A stretch of DNA of 63,975 bases from an uncultured Thermomicrobiales bacterium (GCA_902806415.1 CADCWN010000167.1:1-63975), one strand, 5' to 3'. Positions 18,667-27,991 are shown, counted from the first letter of the stretch. The notes: generated from the sequence alone by a model not told the origin. Translations and numbers: made by a program.

Positions 18667-20586
18667 ATGACGATTCTGACGCCCGAGCTAATCGCCGATG
18701 GTCTGCTGCCGGGCGACCCGCAACTCGCGCCGGATGGCCGCGCCGTCGCCTATACCGTCGCGCCGGCCGGCCGGCGCGAGCGGGAGCCGCAGGGCGCGAT
18801 CTGGCTCGCCGCCACCGATCGCGCCACGCCGCCGCGTCGCCTCACCGCCGGTGTCGCCAACGACACGATACCGCGCTGGTCCCCCGACGGGCGGTCGCTC
18901 TACTTCCTCTCCGACCGGGCGAAACGGGGGGAGGCGCAGTTGTATCGCCTGCCCCTTGGCGGTGGCGAGGCCGAGGCGCTGACCGATTGGCGGGGCGGTC
19001 TCGCCGAGTTCGCCCCGCTAGCCGACGGGCGGACGGTGGTGCTCCTCGCCAAAGATCCGCCGACAGACGAGGACGAACGCCGCGAGCGCGAGGGCGACGA
19101 CGCCAGGGTGTGGGGCGAGCGCTGGCCGTCGCGGCGACTGCGCCTGCTCGACCTCGACTCGCGCGCCGTTCGCACGATCGACGCGCTCGGCGAATGCCAC
19201 GTCAGCGCTTTCGCTCCCGCGCCCGATGGCGCGCGGATCGCCGTCGCGACCTGGCCGAACCCCGATCTCGACAACGGGGCGTTCCCGACACCGCTCCACC
19301 TGGTGGATGTCGAGAGTGGCGCGGCCCACAAACTCTGCGACCTGCCGACCGGTGGCAACAACCTCACCTGGGACCGATCCGGCGAGTCTATCGCCTACAT
19401 CGCCCGCGCGGCGGAGGGCGGAGCCTCGGGGAATGGTCTGTTCCTGCTGCGCGTCGCCGAGGCCGCGCCGCGCCGCCTGGTTCCCGACCTCCCGGCCTGC
19501 CCACTCGCGCTCTGCCAAGGGGCCGGGAGCGGGATCCTGCTGACGGTCGCCACGGGCCTCGACACGACCCTCCAGCGTCTCGACCCGGAGACCGACGAAT
19601 TAACCGAACTCCTCCGCCTCCCCGGCGAATTGGCTTCCCCGGCCGTCAGCGCCGATGGGCGGTTGGTCGTGGCGCTCCGCAGCACGCCCGATAGCCCGCT
19701 CAATGTCTGGGCGGGGCCACCTGATGGCCCGCTCGCGCGGCTGACCGATCTGCGGCCCGAACTGCGCGCGGTCGCCTGGGGGTCGCAGGAACGCCTCGCC
19801 TGGCGGGCGGCCGACGGCCTCGACCTCGATGGCCTGCTCATCCTGCCGCCCGGCAAGGGGCGCACCGATGGGCCGTTCCCGCTGATTGTCGTCGTCCACG
19901 GTGGCCCGTACGGGCGTTTCGCCGATGACTTCCAACTCGGCAGCGGGCGACCATCCGGCCAGTGGCTCGCCGTCGGCGGGTACGCCGCCTTCCTGCCCAA
20001 CGCGCGCGGCGGTGTCGGGCATGGGGCCGCCTTCGCCGCGTCGGTCGCGGGGCGAGTTGGCCTGGAGGACTGGGGGGACATCGTCGCGGGCCTCGATCGG
20101 CTGGTTGAAGAGGGGGTCGCCGATCCCGCTCGGCTCGGGATCGGTGGGTGGAGTCAGGGTGGCTTCATGACCGCCTGGGCGGTCGGGCACACCGATCGGT
20201 TCCGTTGCGGCGTGATGGGCGCGGGCGTCAGCGATTGGGGGATGATGGTCGCCGAGAGCGACCTGCCGACCTTCGAGTCGGGGCTCGGCGGTAGCACCGG
20301 CTGGGAAGGCCCGGGACCGCACCCGCACGACCAGGTCAGCCCGATCTCCTTCGTCCACCGCGTCAAGACGCCGGTCCTGATCCTGCACGGGGAGTGCGAC
20401 GAGCGTGTCCCGGTCAGCCAGGCACAGTTCTTCGCGCGCGGCCTGCGCCACTACGGGGTGGAGCACGAGCTCGTCGTCTACCCGCGCGAGCCGCACGGCC
20501 TCCGCGAGCGGGCGCACCAAATCGACGCGCTGCGGCGTCTCCGCGCTTGGTTTGATCGCTGGCTCGGCGGGGGTCGTGAGTCGTGA
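18667..20586 (+). CDS. S9 family serine peptidase (prolyl oligopeptidase/acylaminoacyl-peptidase type)
   Basis: ORF 18652..20586, started at MTILTPE. N-terminal propeller-like repeats. The catalytic motifs are GIGGWSQGG (Ser), LHGECDERVP (Asp) and YPREPHG (His). Confidence 0.85.
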   Translation: MTILTPELIADGLLPGDPQLAPDGRAVAYTVAPAGRREREPQGAIWLAATDRATPPRRLTAGVANDTIPRWSPDGRSLYFLSDRAKRGEAQLYRLPLGGGEAEALTDWRGGLAEFAPLADGRTVVLLAKDPPTDEDERREREGDDARVWGERWPSRRLRLLDLDSRAVRTIDALGECHVSAFAPAPDGARIAVATWPNPDLDNGAFPTPLHLVDVESGAAHKLCDLPTGGNNLTWDRSGESIAYIARAAEGGASGNGLFLLRVAEAAPRRLVPDLPACPLALCQGAGSGILLTVATGLDTTLQRLDPETDELTELLRLPGELASPAVSADGRLVVALRSTPDSPLNVWAGPPDGPLARLTDLRPELRAVAWGSQERLAWRAADGLDLDGLLILPPGKGRTDGPFPLIVVVHGGPYGRFADDFQLGSGRPSGQWLAVGGYAAFLPNARGGVGHGAAFAASVAGRVGLEDWGDIVAGLDRLVEEGVADPARLGIGGWSQGGFMTAWAVGHTDRFRCGVMGAGVSDWGMMVAESDLPTFESGLGGSTGWEGPGPHPHDQVSPISFVHRVKTPVLILHGECDERVPVSQAQFFARGLRHYGVEHELVVYPREPHGLRERAHQIDALRRLRAWFDRWLGGGRES

Positions 20587-20593
20587 GTCGTGG
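20573..20593 (+). repeat. tandem heptamers (GTCGTGA)(GTCGTGA)(GTCGTGG) spanning the peptidase stop codon
   Basis: The last codons GGT CGT GAG TCG TGA (G R E S stop) are made of the array. No complementary arm was found nearby. Confidence 0.8.
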
Positions 20594-20769
20594 AGGGAAG
20601 TATCTCCAGAGCGGGAGGATATGCGACGTTCGTGCGCGCGTTCAACGACCGAGATCCTTGGCTGACCCTATGACACTGGCATACCGAGTGCGTAGAATAG
20701 TCGCGGCGGCGGTTGCGCCGCGCTGATGGCGGGTTGTCGGGAAGGGCGACCGCCGAAGAGGAGGGATAG

Positions 20770-21147
20770 TTGAGCGCTGCGAATTTGGGCACTGCGAACC
20801 AACCCGAGGAGCAAACGACCGCTTCGGGCCTGCGCTACATCGACTTCGGCGGCGGTAATGGCGCGGCGGCGAAGGCTGGCGATACCGTGTCGGTCCACTA
20901 CACCGGCACCCTGGAGAACGGCCAGAAGTTCGACAGCTCGCGCGACCGCAATCAGCCGTTCGGGTTCCCGCTCGGCGCGGGCCGGGTGATCAAGGGCTGG
21001 GACGAGGGGGTCGCCGGGATGCGCGTCGGCGACAAGCGCCGCCTGATCATCCCGAGCACCCTCGGCTATGGCAGCAGCGGCGCGGGTGGGGTCATCCCCC
21101 CCGATGCCACGCTGATCTTCGAGGTCGAATTGCTCGGCATCAAGTAA
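20770..21147 (+). CDS. FKBP-type peptidyl-prolyl cis-trans isomerase
   Basis: ORF 20770..21147 with a TTG start preceded by GAGGAGGGA. Motifs [28 protein letters not shown] and LIFEVELL. Confidence 0.85.
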   Translation: MSAANLGTANQPEEQTTASGLRYIDFGGGNGAAAKAGDTVSVHYTGTLENGQKFDSSRDRNQPFGFPLGAGRVIKGWDEGVAGMRVGDKRRLIIPSTLGYGSSGAGGVIPPDATLIFEVELLGIK

Positions 21148-21511
21148 AGCCCTGGCGTTCGACGAGCGTCCCAGCCGGGGCGCGGTGCCGCCCCGCACTG
21201 CCAGGGGGCGGGCAGGGCGTACGCGCCGGTTAGTGCTGACGCTGGCGGCGGTTTCAACCGCCCGCCCCCTCGCGCATACACTGTGAGCGGGCGGGGCGGC
21301 ACCCTTGCGCTACCTAGCTGTATCGGTTACACTATCTGTATCGTCGCATGCTTGTTCACCGCCGTCTCGGGAACAAAATTGTCCCTGCGGCGTTATATCT
21401 GTGGGTTCGCGCGGCTGGCCGCAAGGACGTCAGGACGCCGCGCCCCGCACGTTATGCTGCACCATTGATCTGCGCCATTCCTGACGGGCGCGGTGGAAGG
21501 AATTTCCTCGT

Positions 21512-23056
21512 TTGACCTCGTTTTCAGAATTGACGCTGTCCCCCGCCACGCGCACCGCGCTCACGGCGATGGGAATCGAGACACCCACCCCCATCCAATC
21601 GCTCGCCCTCCCGCCACTCCTCGCCGGTCGCGACATCATCGGTCAGGCCCGCACCGGTTCCGGCAAAACGCTGGCCTTCGCCATCCCGCTGATCGAGCGG
21701 GTCGATCCGCGCGTCAGGGCGGTGCAGGCGCTTGTCCTGGCCCCGACGCGCGAACTCGCCACGCAGGTCGGCGGTGTCCTCGATGAACTCGGCAAGGGGC
21801 GTGGCCTGCGTACCGTGCTGATCTATGGTGGCCGTTCGCTCGGGCCGCAGGAGTCAGCGGTGCGCGCCGGCGCGCAGATCGTCGTCGGCGCGCCCGGTCG
21901 CGTCCTCGACCTGATCCGCCGCGGCACGCTGAAGCTCGATAAGGTGGGCTATTTCGTCCTCGATGAGGCCGATGAGATGCTCGATCGTGGCTTCGCGCCC
22001 GATGTCGAGCGTATCCTGTCCCATGTGCCGCGGGCGCGGCAGACCGCCCTCTTCTCGGCCACCGTGCCGCCCTGGGTCCATGAGACGGCGAGTCGGCATC
22101 TGACCGATCCGCTGACGGTGCAGGTCGACACGCGGCCCGAGGATGTGCCGAAGATCGAGCACGTCGTCTACGACGTACCCGATGGCACTAAGCTCGATGT
22201 CCTGAAGCAGCTGCTTGATGCGCGCGGCGATGGTGCCACGATTGTCTTCGGGCGTACCAAGCACGGTGTCAAGAAGCTGGGGCGGCAGCTGGAGGGGCTG
22301 GGCTATCCCGTCGCCGCGTTGCAGGGGAACCTGAGCCAGAATGCGCGCGATCGGGTGATGGCCGACTTCCGCACCGGCGCGGTCAGCATCCTGCTGGCCA
22401 CGAACGTCGCGGCGCGCGGGCTCGATGTCGAGTCGGTCGAGCAGGTGATCAACTTCGACCTGCCGGAGTCCGCCGAGTTGCTGACGCACCGCGTCGGCCG
22501 CACCGGGCGGATGGGTCGCGAGGGGCGCGCGATCACGCTCCTCGATCCGGAAGACAGCCCGAAGTGGCGACAATTGGAGCGCGCCTCCGGGCGCACCCTG
22601 CCGCGCCTGCGCTGGCGCGACGAGTACGCCGCGACGCCGCCCGCGCTCGATAATCTACCCTCCACCCCGGCACCGTTCGCCCTGGCGAGGCCGCCGCGCG
22701 AGGCCGGATTCGCGCCGGATCGATCGGTCGGGCGGAATACAATGCCCGGTCGCGGCGTTTCCTTAACAGACCGCCGTCAAGGAGCCGCAGGACGACCGTT
22801 CGCGCCGACCGCGCGCACCGCCACTCCGATGGCGACCCTGGCGACGCAGGAGCGGACGAACCACGCGATCGTCTGCGCGAGCTGCGGGCGCGAGGCGACC
22901 GTCCCCTTCGTGCCGCGGACCGACCGCCCAGTCTTGTGCCGCGATTGCTTCCGCAAGGAAGCGCCCGGTGAGGGACGGCAAGTAGCGAAATTTGAGGGAA
23001 ATCGCCGCGATGGCAGGTATCGGATGCCTGCCGACTCCCGGCGTGGGGTGCGCTAA
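21512..23056 (+). CDS. DEAD-box ATP-dependent RNA helicase with C-terminal CxxC..CxxC zinc-ribbon tail
   Basis: ORF 21512..23056. Q-motif region, ARTGSGKT, DEAD (VLDEADEM), SAT and HRVGRTGR. The C-terminal tail reads CASCGREATVPFVPRTDRPVLCRDCF. Confidence 0.9.
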   Translation: MTSFSELTLSPATRTALTAMGIETPTPIQSLALPPLLAGRDIIGQARTGSGKTLAFAIPLIERVDPRVRAVQALVLAPTRELATQVGGVLDELGKGRGLRTVLIYGGRSLGPQESAVRAGAQIVVGAPGRVLDLIRRGTLKLDKVGYFVLDEADEMLDRGFAPDVERILSHVPRARQTALFSATVPPWVHETASRHLTDPLTVQVDTRPEDVPKIEHVVYDVPDGTKLDVLKQLLDARGDGATIVFGRTKHGVKKLGRQLEGLGYPVAALQGNLSQNARDRVMADFRTGAVSILLATNVAARGLDVESVEQVINFDLPESAELLTHRVGRTGRMGREGRAITLLDPEDSPKWRQLERASGRTLPRLRWRDEYAATPPALDNLPSTPAPFALARPPREAGFAPDRSVGRNTMPGRGVSLTDRRQGAAGRPFAPTARTATPMATLATQERTNHAIVCASCGREATVPFVPRTDRPVLCRDCFRKEAPGEGRQVAKFEGNRRDGRYRMPADSRRGVR

Positions 23057-23089
23057 CGAGCGCGCCCGAGGGTGACGACAGGAGGAAGC

Positions 23090-23416
23090 ATGGCACCGAA
23101 CCGCCGACCGAACTATCAGCAGAAGAAGAGTAACATCCGCCCCGGTACGCCGGGGGCACCGGGCACGCCGGGAGCGGTGGTCGCCGCGCCGGTTCGCAAG
23201 TCAAAGAGCGACGCGATCACCGTCGATGGCACCGTGGTCGACGCGCTGCCGAACGCGATGTTCACCGTCGAGCTCGACAGCGGCCACAAGGTGCTGAGCA
23301 CCCTCTGCGGCAAGATGCGGACCCGCTACATCCGCGTCGCCCAGGGTGACAAGGTCACCGTCGAACTCTCGCCGTATGATCTGACGCGCGGACGGATCAC
23401 CTTCCGCTATCGCTAA
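23090..23416 (+). CDS. infA: translation initiation factor IF-1 with an N-terminal extension of about 36 aa
   Basis: ORF 23072..23416. ATG 23090 follows AGGAGGAAGC. The core [66 protein letters not shown] is canonical IF-1. It is preceded by the basic, PG-rich [29 protein letters not shown].... Confidence 0.85.
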   Translation: MAPNRRPNYQQKKSNIRPGTPGAPGTPGAVVAAPVRKSKSDAITVDGTVVDALPNAMFTVELDSGHKVLSTLCGKMRTRYIRVAQGDKVTVELSPYDLTRGRITFRYR

Positions 23417-23517
23417 CAGGTCGAAGGCCCGAGGTCGAAGGTCGAAAATCGCTTACTTGCAGGCACAATGTTGGTAAGCGGTGACCTTCGACCTTCAGAC
23501 CTTCGACTCTCGACTTC
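23417..23517 (+). repeat. imperfect heptamer-array hairpin, (GGTCGAA)-type arm versus (CCTTCGA)-type arm, directly after the infA stop
   Basis: Arm 1 is about 23419..23456 and arm 2 about 23474..23514. The inner perfect stem is CGCTTAC/GTAAGCG (23450..23456 with 23474..23480). The outer TTCGACC units pair with bulges. Confidence 0.7.
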
Positions 23518-23709
23518 TCTCGTTTCGTTCCTTCCGGGCGCGACTCGCGCCCGTGGGATAGCCCGGTTGTGATCGCGCTAGTCGAACGCGCGCAGTGGTT
23601 TTTGGAGTGGACTCCCCGCCCTTCCTGCTCCGCTCATCCCGTCCCCCGACTAGGGAAAGGTCACCCGAATCGTCCATCTGTTGCAGTGTTAATCCCGAAA
23701 GGTGTCGGA

Positions 23710-24099
23710 ATGAGCTACCAGGACAAGACCATCAACTGCCGCGACTGCGGCCAGGACTTCGTGTTCACCGCCGGTGAGCAGGAATATTATGCGGAGAAGG
23801 GCTTCACCAACGAGCCCCGACGTTGCCCCGACTGTCGCCGCGCGCGCAAGGCGCAGCAGGGTGGCGGCGGCAGCTACTCCAGCGGCGGCGGCGACTATAG
23901 CGGCGGCAGCAGCTACGGCGGCGGCGGTGGCTACGACCGCGCCCCGCGCCAGATGTTCGCCACGATCTGCAGCCAGTGCGGCAAGGAGACCCAGGTCCCC
24001 TTCCAGCCGCGCGGCGACAAGCCGGTCTACTGCTCCGACTGCTTCGCCGAGCGGCGGCAGTCCAGCGGCGGCGGCTACGGCAGCCGCGACCGCTACTAA
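23710..24099 (+). CDS. double zinc-ribbon protein with Gly/Ser/Tyr-rich linker
   Basis: ORF 23569..24099, started at MSYQDKTINCRDCGQDF (ATG 23710). The N-terminal ribbon is CRDCG...CPDCR. The C-terminal ribbon CSQCGKETQVPFQPRGDKPVYCSDCF is the same motif as the helicase tail. Confidence 0.7.
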   Translation: MSYQDKTINCRDCGQDFVFTAGEQEYYAEKGFTNEPRRCPDCRRARKAQQGGGGSYSSGGGDYSGGSSYGGGGGYDRAPRQMFATICSQCGKETQVPFQPRGDKPVYCSDCFAERRQSSGGGYGSRDRY

Positions 24100-24167
24100 G
24101 CCCGATCACGTCGCCCACGTCGCGGGCAGGTGGGGGAGCATCAGCCCGCGACGTAGCGACAAAATAC

Positions 24168-24206
24168 ACGACGGGGGCGGCACACCAAGTGTGCCGCCCC
24201 CGTCGT
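24168..24206. terminator. bidirectional intrinsic-terminator-like hairpin between convergent genes
   Basis: ACGACGGGGGCGGCACA-CCAAG-TGTGCCGCCCCCGTCGT is a 17-bp perfect stem. It is flanked by AAAATAC upstream and TTCTCTTCT downstream. Confidence 0.75.
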
Positions 24207-24270
24207 TCTCTTCTGCGCGGCGTATGCCATCCCGCTCCGCCGCCGCGACAACACGGGGAGGGACTCGTCG

Positions 24271-25101
24271 CTACACGCGACGACCGACGTAGAGCAGATG
24301 GCTGCTCATCCCCAAAATACTCGGGTCGCTCGCCACGTCGAATAGCGCCCCCATCGCCGCCTCGTAACCCTGCGGATCGCGCGTCGCCAACTCCGTCAGG
24401 ATCGGTTGTAGGTCGGGGGCGACACTCTGCGAGGCGAGCAGCGCCTCCTGGGCGAAGCCGAAGCGCGCGAAAAACGGCGCGACTTCCCCCGGCAGGGTGC
24501 CGTACCCGCCGGTGAAGCGGCCCGGTTCGTCGTTGATAAACCTGCCCGTGGCGAGGAGTCGCCCCACAAAGCCCGGTTCGCTGAGATGCCGCCACTCCGC
24601 GCGGTTGGCGATCGTGCGGCGCAGGAAGCCGAGGCGGGGGATCAGCGCCACGAACGCGAGCCCTCCGGGGCGCAGCACGCGGGCTAATTCCGCCGCCGCC
24701 CGCTCGCGCGCAGCCTGATCCGGCAGGTGGTAGAACGGCCCCAGCGCCAGCGCGGCATCGAAGCTGCCCCCGGCCCAGCGGGACAGATCGCAGGCGTCGG
24801 CCTCGACGATCTCCTCGATCAGTTGGCCGGTTGCCGTGGCTGCCGCCCGCTCGCGCGCGATCGTCAGCAGCGCAGGCGAGAGGTCGGCCAGCGTCACGCG
24901 GTGGCCGCGCCCCGCCAGCCAGAGGGCGTACCGGCCCGGCCCGCCGCCGATGTCGAGGATTCGCGCGCCCGATGGGAGGTAGGCCGCGATCGCGCGGCTG
25001 TTGATCGCGAACTCCAGCGCCCCATCGTCCGGTCGGTCGAGGCGCGACCATTCCCGCTCACCGTAGTGTTCGTAATAATCCCGCACCGCCTCGCGACTCA
25101 T
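24271..25101 (-). CDS. class I SAM-dependent methyltransferase
   Basis: ORF 24271..25149. MSREAVRDYYEHYGEREWSRL is a typical N-terminus (ATG 25101). Motif I is ILDIGGGPGRYA. The alternative GTG 25149 would overlap the MutS-like stop (GTGA). Confidence 0.8.
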   Translation of the reverse strand: MSREAVRDYYEHYGEREWSRLDRPDDGALEFAINSRAIAAYLPSGARILDIGGGPGRYALWLAGRGHRVTLADLSPALLTIARERAAATATGQLIEEIVEADACDLSRWAGGSFDAALALGPFYHLPDQAARERAAAELARVLRPGGLAFVALIPRLGFLRRTIANRAEWRHLSEPGFVGRLLATGRFINDEPGRFTGGYGTLPGEVAPFFARFGFAQEALLASQSVAPDLQPILTELATRDPQGYEAAMGALFDVASDPSILGMSSHLLYVGRRV

Positions 25102-25145
25102 CGCCGCCCTTCCTGCCCCCCGGCACTGCTCGGCATTGCCGGGGC

Positions 25146-27035
25146 TCACCGCTCGTCGTCATCGGCCAGGTCGAGCCCGACGATTTCCATCAGGCGCAGG
25201 GCGTTGGTGGAGGTCGCGATCCCCGGTCGGGCGAGGTAATCGAACGTCATCGTCGGCCCCTCTGGGCCGCTGGTGAACTGCTCGGTGAAGTGGATCGGGC
25301 GCGCGGTCGTCGCCAGTTCCGCCGCGTCGGCCAGATTGAGGTCGTGGGTCGAGACCGCGCCGATCGCTCCCTGCCGGACGAGGTGCGCGATGATCCGCCG
25401 CGCGGCGATCTGCCGCTCGGTCGTGTTCGTCCCCTGCAAGATCTCGTCGAGCAGATAGAGCGGCAGCGTGCCGTCGGCCGATCCCGCCGCGCGCGCGCCA
25501 TCGACGACCGCTTTCAGGCGGCGCAACTCCGCCATGTAGTAGGAGACACCCTGGGCCAGCGAATCCTGAATCCGCATACTGGTCCAGAGCGCCACCGGTG
25601 GCAATCGCAGGGCATCGGCGCAAACCGGCCCGCCCGCGCCCGCCAGCACCCCGTTCGCCCCGATCGCCCGCAGCAGTGTGCTCTTGCCGGACATATTCGA
25701 GCCGGTCACCAGTAGGAACGATCCCGGTGGCCCGACCTGTACCCCATTGGCAACCCGCCCCCGATCGTCCAGGAGTGGATGGCCCAGCGCCGTCGCCTCG
25801 AACGATCGCGCCGCCGGATCGATCTCGGGGAAGATCCACGTCGGTTGGGCGTGCGCCAGGCCGGCGAGCGCGGCCAGCGCCTCGATCTCGCCGAGGATCG
25901 CCAGCCAGCGCCGCGCCTGACGACCCGCCACGCGCTGCCAGCTTTCGAGCGCCACCAGGACATGGACGTTCCAGAGGAAGAAGATTTGCATGATCGCGTT
26001 GGAGAGGGCGCTCGGCGGGATGATCAGGCGGCACAACCGCTCCAGGCGGCGCATCTGACCGTAGGCCGAGACCCCCTTGGCCCCCAGTTCGCCCCCCAAC
26101 CGGGCCAGGAGCGGTGTCGCGAACGCGACGCCATCGAGCACGGCGAACGACCCGGCGTAGTGCTGGAACGCCCCTTCCTGCTCCATCAGCCGGACGAGTC
26201 GCGGGCTGAGTTGCCCGTTCAGCCCGAAGCCGAGCAGGAGGTTGCCGACGAAGAAGCAGAACCAGAGCGGGAAGGTGACGACGCCGGTGAGCCAGAGGAT
26301 CAGCGTCGCCCAGAAGAGGAGTGGGGAAAGCCGCGCCGCCCAGACGATCGCCGGTCGTTGCGTCAGCCACGGCTCGCCCTCGGCCCAGCGGAGGAACGGC
26401 TCGGGATTCGGCGACGGCCCCTCGGCCAGCCGCCCGGCCCCCTGCAAGTCGTCGCGCAACTCTATTCGCGGGGCCAACTCCGCCACCGCCGCCTGCCGCT
26501 TGCGCACGACCGTCGGCGCGGCGAAGCCGAGCAGCCAGTCGCGCAGGGTCGTCTCGCCGCGAATCGTGCCGCCGGGGTAGAGAAGGTGGAAGAGCGAGGC
26601 CGGGCCGAAAATGTCGAGATCGCCGGCGTAGGGGTGCTGCGGCTCGACGCGGAATATGCTCCGCAGCGGCAGGCGGGACCACGCCCGTTCGAGCCGCCAG
26701 GTCGCCTCCTCGTTGATCGCGCGGCGCTCCTCGGCGCGGCGACGTGCCGCGCCCAATTGGGCGTGGTGGCGGACCAGGACGAGATAGCCGATGAAGAGGA
26801 AGAGCGCCAGCCCCGTGAGCGGGGGGGAGCCCGCCCGCACCGCCCAAACCCCGCACGCGGCGGCGACGAGAAAGGCCAGGAGGCGCAGATTCGCCACGCG
26901 GTTCCAGCGCTTGTCGAGCGCGTCGCGCTCACGGGTGAAACGCTCCTGCCGCGTCGCGTAGATCGTTGCCGGGGATTCGTGGTGTGCCGCGTCTGTTCGG
27001 GTCGCCGGGGCCTGTTCGGTCGCTGTCATCCGCAC
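25146..27035 (-). CDS. MutS-related ATPase (domain V only) with N-terminal multi-pass membrane region
   Basis: ORF 25146..27035, 629 aa. TM helices include LLAFLVAAACGVWAV, LTGLALFLFIGYLVLV and LLFWATLILWLTGVVTFPLWFCFFVGNLLLGFGL. The C-terminal part reads LLVTGSNMSGKSTLLRAIG (Walker A), SYYMAELRRL, LYLLDEILQGTN (Walker B) and STHD. No mismatch-binding or Smr domain is visible. Confidence 0.8.
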   Translation of the reverse strand: MRMTATEQAPATRTDAAHHESPATIYATRQERFTRERDALDKRWNRVANLRLLAFLVAAACGVWAVRAGSPPLTGLALFLFIGYLVLVRHHAQLGAARRRAEERRAINEEATWRLERAWSRLPLRSIFRVEPQHPYAGDLDIFGPASLFHLLYPGGTIRGETTLRDWLLGFAAPTVVRKRQAAVAELAPRIELRDDLQGAGRLAEGPSPNPEPFLRWAEGEPWLTQRPAIVWAARLSPLLFWATLILWLTGVVTFPLWFCFFVGNLLLGFGLNGQLSPRLVRLMEQEGAFQHYAGSFAVLDGVAFATPLLARLGGELGAKGVSAYGQMRRLERLCRLIIPPSALSNAIMQIFFLWNVHVLVALESWQRVAGRQARRWLAILGEIEALAALAGLAHAQPTWIFPEIDPAARSFEATALGHPLLDDRGRVANGVQVGPPGSFLLVTGSNMSGKSTLLRAIGANGVLAGAGGPVCADALRLPPVALWTSMRIQDSLAQGVSYYMAELRRLKAVVDGARAAGSADGTLPLYLLDEILQGTNTTERQIAARRIIAHLVRQGAIGAVSTHDLNLADAAELATTARPIHFTEQFTSGPEGPTMTFDYLARPGIATSTNALRLMEIVGLDLADDDER

Positions 27036-27184
27036 TCCATCGGTCCGCCGCGCGCGGCGCGTGTCGCCGCTCTGCCATAATGATACGCGCGGTGCCGCGA
27101 TTAGCGCCGCCCCGGTCGGCTCGTCGTTCGTTGTTCGTCGTCGTTGTCGGCGGGCTCGTCAATCATCGCCTTTGTGGAGACCCC

Positions 27185-27940
27185 ATGCCCCGAGCCCATA
27201 TCCCGCCCCTCCTGCGCGATGCCGCCTCGGCGCGCCGCCGCGAGATCCTCGCCTGGCAAGTCGCGCTCGCCGACGGCCCGGCGATCGAGGCGGTCGTCTT
27301 CGATGCCTATGGGACCCTCTTCGATGTCGCGTCGGTCAAGGTGGCCTGCCGCGAGCTCCTCCCGGACCCCGCCCCGTTCGTCGCGCTCTGGCGTGCCAAG
27401 CAACTCGAAGGGAGTTGGCAGCGCGCCCTGATGGGGCGCTACGCCGACTTCGCGCGGGTCACGCGCGAGGCGCTCGAGCAGGCGCTGGCGCAATTCGCCA
27501 TCAGCGCCGACGAGACGACGATCGACGCGCTCCTCGACGCTTGGGGGATGCTCGAACCGTTCCCCGAGGTGCGCGGCACGCTGGACCGCCTGCGCGGCCT
27601 GCCCCTGGCGATCCTCTCCAATGGCAGCCCGGTGATGCTTGCCGCCGTCCTCGACCACAACGACCTCGCGGCTCGTTTCGCCGCCGTCCTCAGCGCCGAC
27701 GCCGCGCGCACTTACAAGCCCGACCCGCGCGTCTACGCGCTCGCGCCCGCCGCGCTCGATCTCCCCGCCGACCGTATCCTCTTCGTCTCGGCCAACGCCT
27801 GGGACGCGGTCGGTGCCAAAGCGTACGGTTTCCGGGTCGCCTGGTGCAATCGCGCCGCCCACGTCGGGGAAACGTATGGCCCCGCACCCGACCTCGAACT
27901 CCGCGCGCTCGACGGCGTCGCCGACGCGCTCAGGCGGTGA
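27185..27940 (+). CDS. haloacid dehalogenase type II-like HAD hydrolase
   Basis: ORF 26966..27940, started at ATG 27185. Motifs VVFDAYGTLFDV, ILSNGSP and FVSANAWDAVGAKAYGF. There are about 35 aa in front of motif I. Confidence 0.75.
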   Translation: MPRAHIPPLLRDAASARRREILAWQVALADGPAIEAVVFDAYGTLFDVASVKVACRELLPDPAPFVALWRAKQLEGSWQRALMGRYADFARVTREALEQALAQFAISADETTIDALLDAWGMLEPFPEVRGTLDRLRGLPLAILSNGSPVMLAAVLDHNDLAARFAAVLSADAARTYKPDPRVYALAPAALDLPADRILFVSANAWDAVGAKAYGFRVAWCNRAAHVGETYGPAPDLELRALDGVADALRR

Positions 27941-27991
27941 GCAAGACGCTACGTATTATCGGGTGGAGTGAGCATACAGCAGGGGAGATGA

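Noticed and set aside
23804-24099. Gly/Ser/Tyr-rich region of the zinc-ribbon protein as a tandem DNA repeat
   Set aside because: GGCGGC-rich codons encode a low-complexity linker (GGGGSYSSGGGDYSGGSSYGGGGGY). There is no exact DNA periodicity beyond codon bias.
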